DNA of 64,000 nucleotides from Rhodothermales bacterium (GTDB taxonomy: Bacteria > Bacteroidota > Rhodothermia > Rhodothermales > UBA10348). Position numbers and translations under genes: made by a program. Shown one piece after another: positions 36,961-47,793 of this stretch. A model generated the notes under the pieces. The model was not told the origin of the DNA. It saw only the letters and a program-made list of their open reading frames with translations, and made no database searches. The stretch lies in NCBI GenBank assembly GCA_965247125.1, contig CBDFGO010000003.1, forward strand, positions 6,058 through 70,057, read 5' to 3'. The stretch's first letter is position 1; each line of letters starts with the position of its first letter.

Positions 36961-39186
36961 ATGATCCGTTTGATCTGGCCTGTTCTACTATTCCTCTTCG
37001 CCGCGTCCGCGGCAAGTGCTCAGGACCCCGTCGTCCTTCAGAGAATCGAGGGCCCCGTTCAACTGGATGGGATCTCTGACGAGCCAGCGTGGGAAAGTAT
37101 CGACCCCGTCCCTCTGAGCATGTACGAACCTATTTCTGGCGGGACGATGACGGAACGAACCGTAATCAAAGTCGGATACGACGATGATTTTCTCTACGTA
37201 TCCGGCCAAATGTATGACTCCGACGCAGATGGAATTCGAGGCAATACGCTCTATCGAGACCGGTATTCGGGAGACGACGTATTCGCCATCGTACTGGACA
37301 CGTTCAACGACAATGAAAACGCGTTGTGGTTCTACACTACGCCCACAGGTGTGCGTCTGGACTACGCAGTATCGAAGGATGCAAACGGATTTGGTGGAAT
37401 TTCGACATTCGGCGGTGGCGTGATAAACAGTTCCTGGAATACCTATTGGGATGTAGAAACAGTCCGGACGGACGAAGGCTGGTTCGCTGAAATGAGGATT
37501 CCCTATTCGAGCCTCAGTTTTCAGGAAAAGGACGGACGTATAGAAATGGGGATGATCACCTATCGACTGATTGCACGAAAGGGTGAACGTCACATCTATC
37601 CCCTCATTCCCCCCAACTGGAGTATGGGCTTTGCCAAACCGTCCCAGGCCCAGAAGGTCATATTGGAAAATGTTCTCAGCAAGAAACCAATTTATATCAC
37701 GCCGTATCTGACGGGCGGTAGCACGGGTCTGAATGCCCTGAACGACGACGATTCGGCTTACGAGTTTGATAGCGAGTTCACGCGGCAGGTCGGCCTGGAT
37801 CTCAAGTATGCGATCAACAGCAATCTTACCCTGGATGCGACCGTCAACACGGATTTTGCGCAGGTTGAAGCAGACGATCAGCAGGTCAATCTTTCCCGAT
37901 TCTCGCTGTTTTTCCCTGAAAAGAGACAGTTTTTTCAGGAGCGAGCGGGTCTATTCGATTTTTCAACGGGTCGCCGAGATCGACTTTTTCATAGTAGACA
38001 GATAGGCATCAATGACGGCGAGACGGTACGCATTTTGGCGGGGGGGCGTGTCGTTGGGCGGGTAGGATCATGGGATCTGGGTTTTATCGATATGCAGACT
38101 GAATCCTCCGGTGATCTTCCCTCCGAAAATTTCGGCATTCTGCGTCTTCGCCGGCAGGTGATCAACGACCAGTCCTATGCAGGAGGCATGTTTACGAGTC
38201 GCCTGGGAGATGACGGTTCCTACAACGCGGTTTATGGATTGGATGGCTCGTTCAAGATCGGAAGGGACGATTATCTGGACCTGAAATGGGCACAGACCTT
38301 CGATGATGACACTATCGACACGACCGGATTTGATTTTACCGGGGCGGCTTATGCTTCAGCGCAGATTGCCCGGCGCAACGACATTGGTCTATCGTTTCGG
38401 TCTGGGGTCTCCTACTCGGGTACCGACTTTAATCCGGGCATTGGCTTCGTCCAGCGAAACGACTACACTCAGGTATCGTGGGACGTTCAGTATGGATGGC
38501 TTTCTTCGGACGAGGCGAAGCTTCGGACACACGACGGGTCGGTGTACGGGAATGTTTATTTCAGAAATGAGGACGGTAGTATCGAGTCCGTACGGGCTGG
38601 AGGAAGCTGGGACTTCGATTTCAAGTCGAGTGCGAGTGCCAGGAGCAATGTGAATTTCATCGTAGAGGACCTCACGAGCGAGCTTCAGTTTCCAAATGAT
38701 ACCTCGGTCCCTGAGGGCCGATATTCATTTGTCGAGTGGGAGACGAGCTACAATATGTCCAGTGGCAACCTTTTTAGGGGCCGTTATCAGTTGCAGATTG
38801 GTTCTTTCTACGACGGCTGGCGGTATGAGGCGGGGTTCAACCCCACCTGGAATGTCAGTCGATTTGTTGAACTGGGAGGCAGCTACAAATTTACCCGCTT
38901 GGAATTTCCGGATCGCGATCAGTCCGCCGATATTCACCTGGTCGGAGTCAGGGCCCAGATCGGTTTCAACACCAAGGTATCATTGAACTCCTTTGTGCAG
39001 TACAACACGTCTGCGAAGGTAGTCGCCTCCAATGTCCGATTTCGCTACAACCTGTCGGAAGGAAACGACCTTTGGCTCGTCTACACTGAAAACCTGAACT
39101 CCGATCGGTTCCGTGAAAGTCCAGCACTACCCCTTTCAAACAACCGAACGTTTCTCCTCAAGTACACCTACACATTCATTAGATGA
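36961..39186 (+). CDS. CBM9-like N-terminal domain plus DUF5916-type beta-barrel protein, secreted or outer-membrane.
   Basis: Signal peptide ...AASAQ. Family-typical DGxxDEPxW N-terminus. Confidence 0.6.
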   Translation: MIRLIWPVLLFLFAASAASAQDPVVLQRIEGPVQLDGISDEPAWESIDPVPLSMYEPISGGTMTERTVIKVGYDDDFLYVSGQMYDSDADGIRGNTLYRDRYSGDDVFAIVLDTFNDNENALWFYTTPTGVRLDYAVSKDANGFGGISTFGGGVINSSWNTYWDVETVRTDEGWFAEMRIPYSSLSFQEKDGRIEMGMITYRLIARKGERHIYPLIPPNWSMGFAKPSQAQKVILENVLSKKPIYITPYLTGGSTGLNALNDDDSAYEFDSEFTRQVGLDLKYAINSNLTLDATVNTDFAQVEADDQQVNLSRFSLFFPEKRQFFQERAGLFDFSTGRRDRLFHSRQIGINDGETVRILAGGRVVGRVGSWDLGFIDMQTESSGDLPSENFGILRLRRQVINDQSYAGGMFTSRLGDDGSYNAVYGLDGSFKIGRDDYLDLKWAQTFDDDTIDTTGFDFTGAAYASAQIARRNDIGLSFRSGVSYSGTDFNPGIGFVQRNDYTQVSWDVQYGWLSSDEAKLRTHDGSVYGNVYFRNEDGSIESVRAGGSWDFDFKSSASARSNVNFIVEDLTSELQFPNDTSVPEGRYSFVEWETSYNMSSGNLFRGRYQLQIGSFYDGWRYEAGFNPTWNVSRFVELGGSYKFTRLEFPDRDQSADIHLVGVRAQIGFNTKVSLNSFVQYNTSAKVVASNVRFRYNLSEGNDLWLVYTENLNSDRFRESPALPLSNNRTFLLKYTYTFIR

Positions 39187-39980
39187 GTCGTTTTTCTCTC
39201 CTTCTGCTAATCGTCGTGGTTCTGAATTCAGGATGTGCTCGTTCAGATTCTGACCAACCGACCCTCGAAGATGCTTCGGCTGTCCTGGCTGCTATGAAAT
39301 CCACGTACGACGGTGAGTGGTACGAAACACTCACCTTTGTCCAGACAACCATCCAGTTCGATCCGACCGGTGGAGTGGATACCACCTCCTGGTTCGAGGG
39401 AATTGAGATTCCCGGGAAGCTGCGAATCGATATCGGATCTCCCACGTCTGGGAATACGATGATTTTTCGGGAAGACTCCATCTACGTTTTTCGGGATGGA
39501 CAACTCGCCAATGCCGCAGCGACAATTCATCCGCTCCTGCGTCTCGGATTTGATGTCTATGGAATGCCCACGGATGAGGCACGCGCAAAGCTTGATAGTC
39601 TGGGATTCGATCTTGAGAGAATGCATATAGCCTCGTGGCAGGATCGGAATGCGTACGTGATCGGAACAGACGTCGAAGGTGATCTGGATACCTCTCAGTT
39701 CTGGATAGACGCAGAGAGACTCGTATTCGTGCGACTCCTGCAGGGGGTTGGCCGCAACAGATCCGTCCGACAAGAGATCTTATTCAATGACTATCAACCG
39801 CTTGGAGGCGGCTGGATCGCTCCGGAAGTACGATTCTATGCTGATTCGACGATCACTCTGATTGAACGTTATCACAGCATCGAAATCGGGACAGAATTTG
39901 GTGATGGATATTTTGAGCCCGGCTCATTTATCAATGCAGACCATTGGTTTGACGACGAGTTACTCGGAACCGGTCGCTAA
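39183..39980 (+). CDS. Lipoprotein, possibly LolA-like fold.
   Basis: Lipobox LNSGC. Start overlaps the upstream stop. Confidence 0.4.
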   Translation: MSRFSLLLLIVVVLNSGCARSDSDQPTLEDASAVLAAMKSTYDGEWYETLTFVQTTIQFDPTGGVDTTSWFEGIEIPGKLRIDIGSPTSGNTMIFREDSIYVFRDGQLANAAATIHPLLRLGFDVYGMPTDEARAKLDSLGFDLERMHIASWQDRNAYVIGTDVEGDLDTSQFWIDAERLVFVRLLQGVGRNRSVRQEILFNDYQPLGGGWIAPEVRFYADSTITLIERYHSIEIGTEFGDGYFEPGSFINADHWFDDELLGTGR

Positions 39981-40516
39981 TCGAGTTTTTTACGTCGCAT
40001 CTTGGGCATACCAATTGGAAGGATTGCTCCGTCGGTAATCAGGTCCTGCAAAAGAGCCCCTTCCAGATTGACGCCCGTTAGATCTGCCCCCGTCAGGATG
40101 GTTTCACGCAGATGTGCCTCGACCAGGCAGGCGTTTCTCAGGGTAGCGTTGAACAAGATGGCCTCTGACAGTCGGCAGCGAGTCATATCTGCTCCATCCA
40201 GGTCACACCCGGTCAGCGTAGCGTAGCTCAGATCCACGCCTATCAGTCGCGCACCTCGGACGGTTGCCTTGCTCAAGTCGGCTCCGGTTAGATTGGCTTC
40301 CGTCAAATCGGCCTCGTTCAAATTGGCATCATCCAATTCAGCAACGGTCAGGAGAGTGGCTTTCAGGTCTGACCTTTCAAAGTTAATACCCTGAAGGAAG
40401 CGTCCTGTCAGATCGTGCGCGCTCAAATCAGGCGTGATGTCTGGATTTTCTGTCCGCCACGCATTCCAGGCTTCAATTCCCTGGTCTAAAATATCGATAT
40501 GGTGCTTATCTGCCAC
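39977..40516 (-). CDS. Pentapeptide-repeat protein.
   Basis: Tandem A(D/N)LxxA(N/D)L repeats throughout. Confidence 0.8.
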   Translation of the reverse strand: MADKHHIDILDQGIEAWNAWRTENPDITPDLSAHDLTGRFLQGINFERSDLKATLLTVAELDDANLNEADLTEANLTGADLSKATVRGARLIGVDLSYATLTGCDLDGADMTRCRLSEAILFNATLRNACLVEAHLRETILTGADLTGVNLEGALLQDLITDGAILPIGMPKMRRKKLD

Positions 40517-40929
40517 GAGATTTGGCTGGCTAATAACACGAAACTATAGGAAAGCGTCGACATTAATGCGCGATTCGACCGGGTATCGTGAATTGGCGTG
40601 TCTTTCTGCAACTGGATTCTTTTATTGTATGTATAATCCGGGGGTAAGCAAATATTCTACCTTCCATTACGATACAGGACCTGGCTGAATTTCCATGGTG
40701 ATAGTTCTTCTCCTTACAATGACACTGTTGGCCTACAAACTAGGCGCCTTTGACGAGTACATCGAACACCGTCAGATGTTGTTGATGGATCACGATGTGA
40801 TGATCGAGATCGACGAGGCCACCTGGGAAGATCGTCAGATACGCTTCCGCGCGACCCATCCTGGGCTTGGAGAACGCTCCTACGTATCTCTGGGTCGCAG
40901 GCGCTGAGCCACGGTAGAACTCTCAAGAA

Positions 40930-41207
40930 TGTAGAGTCGTAACCTGGCAGCCAACGTTGGTCAGATATTCGTGCTGATGACCTCCGAACTGACCGGTCTG
41001 GTGCTGATCTCTGTTGTGATAGCCGTTCCGTTCGCCTGGTTCACCATGTCCGGCTGGCTTGAAAACTTTGCCTATCGTATTGACCTGTCCTGGTGGATTT
41101 TCGGACTTGCTGGGCTGACAGCTCTGGTGCTCGCCATTGCAACGGTCGCATACCAATCCATCAAGGCTGCTCTCGCGGATCCAATTGTCAGTCTTCGCTA
41201 CGAATAG
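40930..41207 (+). pseudogene. C-terminal fragment of an FtsX-family ABC permease.
   Basis: ...WLENFAYRIDLSWWIFGLAGLTALVLAIATVAYQSIKAALADPIVSLRYE is a typical FtsX C-terminal TM4 plus tail. No upstream body is present. Confidence 0.55.
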
Positions 41208-41216
41208 AGTTGGGTA

Positions 41217-41408
41217 CTAGTTCGAGGGCTCGTAGCAGTACTCGTTCTTGGAGAGGCAGGGTTGAAGCAATGAATCGGGGCGGGCCATGGCCGCTTGCTC
41301 CTCTGCGGAGGCATCTACTATAAAATCTCTACACCCTGTGGTGGAGAAGCTCGTAAGGAGGATAAACGCCAGTGTGATGGCGAGTCTATGTGTGAGGGGT
41401 CGTTTCAT
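41217..41408 (-). CDS. Small lipoprotein (63 aa).
   Basis: Signal peptide with TTGC lipobox. Confidence 0.35.
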   Translation of the reverse strand: MKRPLTHRLAITLAFILLTSFSTTGCRDFIVDASAEEQAAMARPDSLLQPCLSKNEYCYEPSN

Positions 41409-41554
41409 GATGATTACCCGATTTTTCGACTCAGTTTTGGCGATTCGGGGAATCCCTCATGTCTAGTATCGGCTGATTAAGTGAAATATTAACAAAGACT
41501 TAAGGCGGTGATTAAGTTTTCGGTATTCTCTGTAGCGATTCGCAGACGTCGCAA

Positions 41555-41597
41555 AACGAAAAAACGCCCTAACACACTGCAATGCAGTGGTTAGGGC
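41555..41597 (-). terminator. Rho-independent terminator on the minus strand.
   Basis: Minus strand reads GCCCTAACCACTGC-ATT-GCAGTGTGTTAGGGC followed by TTTTTT. It terminates a transcript originating in the 41600-41790 noncoding region. Confidence 0.5.
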
Positions 41598-41796
41598 GAA
41601 TGGGCTGACTAAAGAGTGTGGAGCTAAGGAGAGTCGAACCTTATCTCGGTTTCGCGAACGTTTCGCTGGATATCATGCCTATATGGGCGTTACAGAGTGA
41701 AATTTCTCTGGACCGTTTCTAACATATTGCAAATCTAGAAAAAATCCGTCACCTTATCCGTCACCTATTTCATTTAAGTTAACCCCCATTACACCG

Positions 41797-42663
41797 GTGG
41801 CTAAAGTTCGCATTGTCCCGTGGACGGGTAAGAAAGATGCCGAGGGTAGAATGCCACTCTATCTCGTCATTCACCATAAGAACAGGCGCTCAACCATCGC
41901 CTTGCCTGTCCGCATAAAGATGAAAGACTGGAATCCCAGGCGTGGAGAAATTCGCAATTCAAATCCAGACCACGTGAGGCTCAATCTCCGTCTCTTGGAG
42001 GTACTCGGCAAAGCGAGAGCTGCCCTTCAGGACGCACTGTTAGAGGATACAACTATCTCCTCGCACCGAATCAAAGCATCAATATTAGGAGATGCTTCGG
42101 ACGCTGAAAGAGATTTCTTTGCCTACTATGAATCCCAGCTTAATGCATATCGACAAAGACAGCAATGGGCAACATCGGAAGCGTACCGGGTAGCTCTCAA
42201 AAAGCTACGTGACTACACCCGCGGGTCGAGCGGACGAACGACACTTGACTTCGACGACTTGACAGTATCCTTCATTGAAGGATTCCGGACATACCTCATC
42301 GGTTACTGTGGCAACGGCAAGAACACCGTCCACAAAAATCTGGCAAGTATTCGCACGATTCTTTATTCAGCGATCCGTGAAGGACGCTTCCCGCAGGAAA
42401 AGAACCCCTTCTTCCAGATTCGGATGGAAAAACAGAAAAGGACGAAGAACAAATCGATTGATATCGAAGATGTCTGGAAAATCGAAGACGCGGACCTCGG
42501 CGAGGGCAGAATCATAGATGTTCGTAACTGCTTTGTGTTCGCATTCTACAATGCTGGTATGCGTGTTTCCGATGTCCTTCAGCTTCAAGGACAGGATATG
42601 GTAAAGCGAAGCGGAATTTGGAGAGTTGAGTATGAAATGGAGAAGACGGGTGCAGACTCTTTC
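41797..42663 (+). pseudogene. Tyrosine recombinase/integrase, C-terminally truncated by IS256 copy 5.
   Basis: MAKVRIVPWTGKKDAEGRMPLYLVIHHKNRRSTIALPVRIKMKDWNP is homologous to the 12162-12633 fragment. The tail ...FELCPKVVYG is IS-encoded. Confidence 0.75.
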
Positions 42664-44047
42664 GAGCTATGCCCAAAAGTTGTGTATGGGTGAAAAAGGT
42701 ATAGGCGGCGTATCCTGATGATGATTACGTCATTGTCAATCCGAAGATTGGAGGATACACCGCCCATGAAGACGAATAACGCACACGAGAACGAGAACTA
42801 CAATAGCACAGAGGATGTGTTGACAGAAGTATTGCGAACAGGGGCCGCAAAGATGCTGGCCACAGCCGTTGAGGCCGAGGTTGAAGCTTTCTGCCAGCGC
42901 TACCAGTTCCTGCGCGACGAAGAGAATCGCCACCGCATCGTTCGCAATGGATATCTGCCAGAGAGGAAGATTTTGACTGGTATCGGGGAGGTCGCTGTAA
43001 AGATGCCCCGCATACGCGACCGTACGGGTCGGGGTGAGGATAGAATCGGTTTCCGCAGTTCGATACTACCAGCCTACCTCCGCAAGAGCCGCTCGCTTGA
43101 GGCCCTCATTCCATGGTTGTACCTGAAGGGAGTTTCAACGGGCGGCTTTGAGGCAGCGCTCTCGGCCCTTGTTGGTCCTGATGCCCCAGGGCTGACCTCC
43201 TCGACGATTGCGCGCCTGAAGACGCTTTGGACAAGGGAGCACGAAGACTGGCAAAAGCGGAGCCTGAAGGAGAAGCACTACGTCTATTTCTGGGCCGACG
43301 GTATTCACGTAAACGTACGCATGGATAAACAGAAACTGTGTCTGCTGGTCGTGATCGGCGCTACGGCCGATGGAAGGAAGGAGCTTATAGCACTCGAGGA
43401 CGGCTTTCGCGAGAGCAAGCAGTCGTGGCGAGAGTTGCTCCTGGAGCTGAGGCACCGCGGGCTGGATCAAGGACCGAAGCTGGCTGTTGCCGATGGAGCC
43501 ATGGGATTCTGGAGTGCTCTCGCAGAAGTTTATCCCGAGACGCGAGCCGCACGCTGTTGGGTGCACAAGACAGCAAATGTGCTCAACCGCCTGCCCAAGT
43601 CCGTTCAGAAGAAGGCAAAAGGTCACCTCACGCAGATCTATACAGCAGAAACAAAAAAGCAGGCAGAGAGCGCCCTTCTGTTTTTCATCAAAGCCTACCA
43701 GCAAAAGTATCCGAAAGCAGCAGAGATTCTGGTGAAAGACCGAGAAGAACTGCTCGCTTTTTATGACTTTCCGGCAGAACACTGGATCCATCTTCGGAGC
43801 ACAAATCCGATCGAATCTACGTTCGCGACCGTGCGCCTCAGGACCGCCAAAACGAGGGGATGTCTGAGCCGAGAAACAGCTCTTGCAATGGCCTTCCGTC
43901 TATGTAAAGAGGCTCAGAAGAAGTGGAGGAAACTGAATGCACCGCACCTATTGCAACTTGTAAAAAAAGGAATCAAATTCACCGACGGAATTACATCAGA
44001 ACGACACGCTGCCTAAACCTTCCATACACAACTTTTGGGCATAGCTC
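42664..44047 (+). mobile_element. IS256-family IS, copy 5, with a chimeric transposase-proximal terminus.
   Basis: Both termini are the GAGCTATGCCC type, forming a perfect IR. The transposase-proximal end reads GAGCTATGCCCAAAAGTTGTGTATGG|GTGAAAAAGGTATAGG, which is the IRL outer part joined to the IRR inner part. No target duplication. Confidence 0.9.
42718..44016 (+). CDS. IS256-family transposase.
   Basis: 432 aa. Confidence 0.9.
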   Translation: MMITSLSIRRLEDTPPMKTNNAHENENYNSTEDVLTEVLRTGAAKMLATAVEAEVEAFCQRYQFLRDEENRHRIVRNGYLPERKILTGIGEVAVKMPRIRDRTGRGEDRIGFRSSILPAYLRKSRSLEALIPWLYLKGVSTGGFEAALSALVGPDAPGLTSSTIARLKTLWTREHEDWQKRSLKEKHYVYFWADGIHVNVRMDKQKLCLLVVIGATADGRKELIALEDGFRESKQSWRELLLELRHRGLDQGPKLAVADGAMGFWSALAEVYPETRAARCWVHKTANVLNRLPKSVQKKAKGHLTQIYTAETKKQAESALLFFIKAYQQKYPKAAEILVKDREELLAFYDFPAEHWIHLRSTNPIESTFATVRLRTAKTRGCLSRETALAMAFRLCKEAQKKWRKLNAPHLLQLVKKGIKFTDGITSERHAA

Positions 44048-44345
44048 ATTTTATAACTCCTTGTACTGCTAACCTTAACGCGCATTAACTTCTTCTGGGT
44101 TAAGGATTTTATTGAGTTTTCACCTCGATAATGGAAATCAATGACTCTGCTGAACACCTTACTTACCACCTGAACGTTGCTGGGCATGTGCAAGATTGTC
44201 ATGATTCCTACCTATTGACGCGCAATGTCATCAACTAAGCGGAAAAAGTGTTCTCATACATGCGAATCAAATCAACGCCTTGTATCACATAACTCAAAAA
44301 TACTACTATAATATTATATGCGAATATTCCACCAAATACTCCAAC

Positions 44346-45729
44346 GAGTTAACCCCGAAAGTTGTGTACGGGTGAAAAAGGTATAGGCGGCGTATCCTGA
44401 TGATGATTACGTCATTGTCAATCCGAAGATTGGAGGATACACCGCCCATGAAGACGAATAACGCACACGAGAACGAGAACTACAATAGCACAGAGGATGT
44501 GTTGACAGAAGTATTGCGAACAGGGGCCGCAAAGATGCTGGCCACAGCCGTTGAGGCCGAGGTTGAAGCTTTCTGCCAGCGCTACCAGTTCCTGCGCGAC
44601 GAAGAGAATCGCCACCGCATCGTTCGCAATGGATATCTGCCAGAGAGGAAGATTTTGACTGGTATCGGGGAGGTCGCTGTAAAGATGCCCCGCATACGCG
44701 ACCGTACGGGTCGGGGTGAGGATAGAATCGGTTTCCGCAGTTCGATACTACCAGCCTACCTCCGCAAGAGCCGCTCGCTTGAGGCTCTCATTCCATGGTT
44801 GTACCTGAAGGGAGTTTCAACGGGCGGCTTTGAGGCAGCGCTCTCGGCCCTTGTTGGTCCTGATGCCCCAGGGCTGACCTCCTCGACGATTGCGCGCCTG
44901 AAGACGCTTTGGACAAGGGAGCACGAAGACTGGCAAAAGCGGAGCCTGAAGGAGAAGCACTACGTCTATTTCTGGGCCGACGGTATTCACGTAAACGTAC
45001 GCATGGATAAACAGAAACTGTGTCTGCTGGTCGTGATCGGCGCTACGGCCGATGGAAGGAAGGAGCTTATAGCACTCGAGGACGGCTTTCGCGAGAGCAA
45101 GCAGTCGTGGCGAGAGTTGCTCCTGGAGCTGAGGCACCGCGGGCTGGATCAAGGACCGAAGCTGGCTGTTGCCGATGGAGCCATGGGATTCTGGAGTGCT
45201 CTCGCAGAAGTTTATCCCGAGACGCGAGCCGCACGCTGTTGGGTGCACAAGACAGCAAATGTGCTCAACCGCCTGCCCAAGTCCGTTCAGAAGAAGGCAA
45301 AAGGTCACCTCACGCAGATCTATACAGCAGAAACAAAAAAGCAGGCAGAGAGCGCCCTTCTGTTTTTCATCAAAGCCTACCAGCAAAAGTATCCGAAAGC
45401 AGCAGAGATTCTGGTGAAAGACCGAGAAGAACTGCTCGCTTTTTATGACTTTCCGGCAGAACACTGGATCCATCTTCGGAGCACAAATCCGATCGAATCT
45501 ACGTTCGCGACCGTGCGCCTCAGGACCGCCAAAACGAGGGGATGTCTGAGCCGAGAAACAGCTCTTGCAATGGCCTTCCGTCTATGTAAAGAGGCCCAGA
45601 AGAAGTGGAGGAAACTGAATGCACCGCACCTATTGCAACTTGTAAAAAAAGGAATCAAATTCACCGACGGAATTACATCAGAACGACACGCTGCCTAAAC
45701 CTTCCATACACAACTTTTGGGCATAGCTC
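44346..45729 (+). mobile_element. IS256-family IS, copy 6, inserted in the 3' part of the FtsX permease gene.
   Basis: 9-bp target duplication TACTCCAAC on both sides. Confidence 0.9.
44400..45698 (+). CDS. IS256-family transposase.
   Basis: 432 aa. Confidence 0.9.
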   Translation: MMITSLSIRRLEDTPPMKTNNAHENENYNSTEDVLTEVLRTGAAKMLATAVEAEVEAFCQRYQFLRDEENRHRIVRNGYLPERKILTGIGEVAVKMPRIRDRTGRGEDRIGFRSSILPAYLRKSRSLEALIPWLYLKGVSTGGFEAALSALVGPDAPGLTSSTIARLKTLWTREHEDWQKRSLKEKHYVYFWADGIHVNVRMDKQKLCLLVVIGATADGRKELIALEDGFRESKQSWRELLLELRHRGLDQGPKLAVADGAMGFWSALAEVYPETRAARCWVHKTANVLNRLPKSVQKKAKGHLTQIYTAETKKQAESALLFFIKAYQQKYPKAAEILVKDREELLAFYDFPAEHWIHLRSTNPIESTFATVRLRTAKTRGCLSRETALAMAFRLCKEAQKKWRKLNAPHLLQLVKKGIKFTDGITSERHAA

Positions 45730-47679
45730 TACTCCAACTACCATTAACCACAATTCCGGGACTTGTGATCCGAATTGACTGGACCATTTTTCGTTCCAGG
45801 CGATCAAAACAACCAGTGATACGATAAAAGCAATAACATTGGGTACTAGAAGAGGTCTCATCAACGTTTTAACATTTTCTAGGGTAGTAGCACCGCAATA
45901 ACGTCGAATAGCCAAGTTTTTAAGGTTTGCGGTAATTGTCGCGCGAGCTCCGAAATGCCCCATAACCATGCATAGAATAACAGAAAACAAAGACATGACT
46001 GCCACAAATACCTTCGCCTCGATAATCTTTCGGTAGGGTTTCGCATAGGCAGATTCAATTGAATAGACTGACGGTGCGATTTTTGTAACTGACTGTATTA
46101 ATGATTGTATTTCTCTAATCACCTCGCTAGTTACAGGACGGGAAGTTTTCACAATGATTTGAATGGGATTGGCGTCCATTAATAGTATAGCCAAGGGCGT
46201 GATGGGAGCATCTAAATACTGGAACTTAAAATCCTCCACGATTGCTGTCACTCGCGGAGAACCCGCAAAGCAACATTTATACTCCCGGCCTAAAATGGTA
46301 TTGATACTTTCTCCTTCGACTTCCACCGCTTTTCGGTTCAATATCACCGGAACGAAGTCATCTAGATTCGACCCGGAATTTACTGATCCAGATAAGATCT
46401 CTATATCCAAGACATCAAAAAAACCTTCAGACACCATCAGTGTTGACGGATAATCACTAAATATTGGTTCTTCTTTCAGTGGTTGCAACATTTTCGGAAA
46501 ATCTGAGCCAGGATATGGAACGAAAACATCACTGGAGCTAACAATGAGAGAGGATGTCAGAAGCTTCTGTTTGATCTCTGATAAAAAGCCCCTTTCAGAA
46601 GCAGTCACGTCAATTCCAGCCAAATTCTCTACTTCGAATCCATAGTCTGGTTGCAGCAACTGGTTCATATGTTTATTAAGCAACAACGAACTTGATACTA
46701 ATACGACAGAACAGACCGCCAGTATTAGCTGGATTCCAATCTCATTTGTTCGCTTCGTGGATGACAACGACTGTGTTGCCGCTGTTCGCAGCGAGGCGTT
46801 TTTAAATGTGACATAAGACATCAAAAACCCAATTGATAACAGTGCAAATACAATTGCGCAAAACAAAAGGGCAGATAAAGCGAGATGACCGCCAACACTA
46901 TTGCCATACGTTCCTGAAATAGCCAATATGCTCACAACAAGAATACCAGCTAGAATAAACTGCCCGGCCTGGACGCTGAATGACAACAGCAATAGTCTGG
47001 CAATATTTGACTTGGATGCGCCATAGACGATTCTTATAGCGAAACTCTTGAACTTGAGTAAATTTCGATGCCATAGAAATAGCATATAAAGTGCTGAAGC
47101 GACTATCTGCAAGAGCACCGAGTATATGTAAAGAGAGGCGCCCAGTACAGAGTGCGCTTTTATACTTGGGTCATCTTGGATCGTACGTATTTTACTTAAT
47201 TCTCTTACGTGACGAAGGGTAATCCTAGCCTGACCTCCATTCCATTCATGAATGCTATACATTCTGGGAACGATCGTCCTCAAGTAGTCATTCATGTTGT
47301 CTTCGACTTCTTGCACTTGTACACCACGTGCAATTCTCACATACGAGTAACTATTTGAAAGGCGCCATTCCGAATCTGAGTTCTTTTCGTTGCTTACGTA
47401 AACCTCAGATGGATTGAGAACGAGATATCCGAAATCGATGTGTGAGTTGTGTTTGAGCTGGGGACGCGCATGATTGATAATAGTTGGGATTGAATTGTCT
47501 TCAGCGATAACATTCACATAAACAGAGTCTGGTCCGTCAGACTTGGCAATTAGACGCTTCGAAAGCACAGTCGGATAGGCGCGTATGGCAATAGCGTCTC
47601 CAAAAATGAGATTGTAACTTTGATAAGAGGTGAAGTAAGCTGCATCGAATCTAAATACCTCATTGTCGAACCGTATCAT
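45730..47679 (-). pseudogene. FtsX-family ABC transporter permease (MacB-like, two FtsX repeats), split into three pieces by IS21-A and IS256 copy 6.
   Basis: FtsX signatures FAIRIVYGASKSNIARLL and LAIRRYCGATTLENV. N-terminal 92 aa lie at 49812-50088 and the C-terminal ~40 aa at 44222-44345. Across the TACTCCAAC duplication the frame rejoins as ...MVVGVFGGIFAYNIIVVFLSYVIQ... Confidence 0.75.
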
Positions 47680-47793
47680 AGGGTTGCCCAGTGTTAACGA
47701 CGGATTACTTTTGACCCACCAACGACGGTTTAGAATTGACCCACCCCGGCATGGTATTCATTAGTCTGGAAAAACCAGATTGATGAATACCGC

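Noticed and set aside
40695-40907. 70-aa ORF between the pentapeptide gene and the FtsX fragment.
   Set aside because: No motif or signal. It lies in a probable deletion junction next to a gene fragment and is likely noncoding.
41600-41720. Possible tRNA gene on the minus strand upstream of the second integrase (contains GGTTCGACTC, T-loop-like).
   Set aside because: Hand folding fails. The stem around the putative T-loop does not pair (only G-C plus one G-U), and no D-arm or anticodon arm is recognisable. It is kept only as a possible remnant within the integrase/tRNA-like finding.
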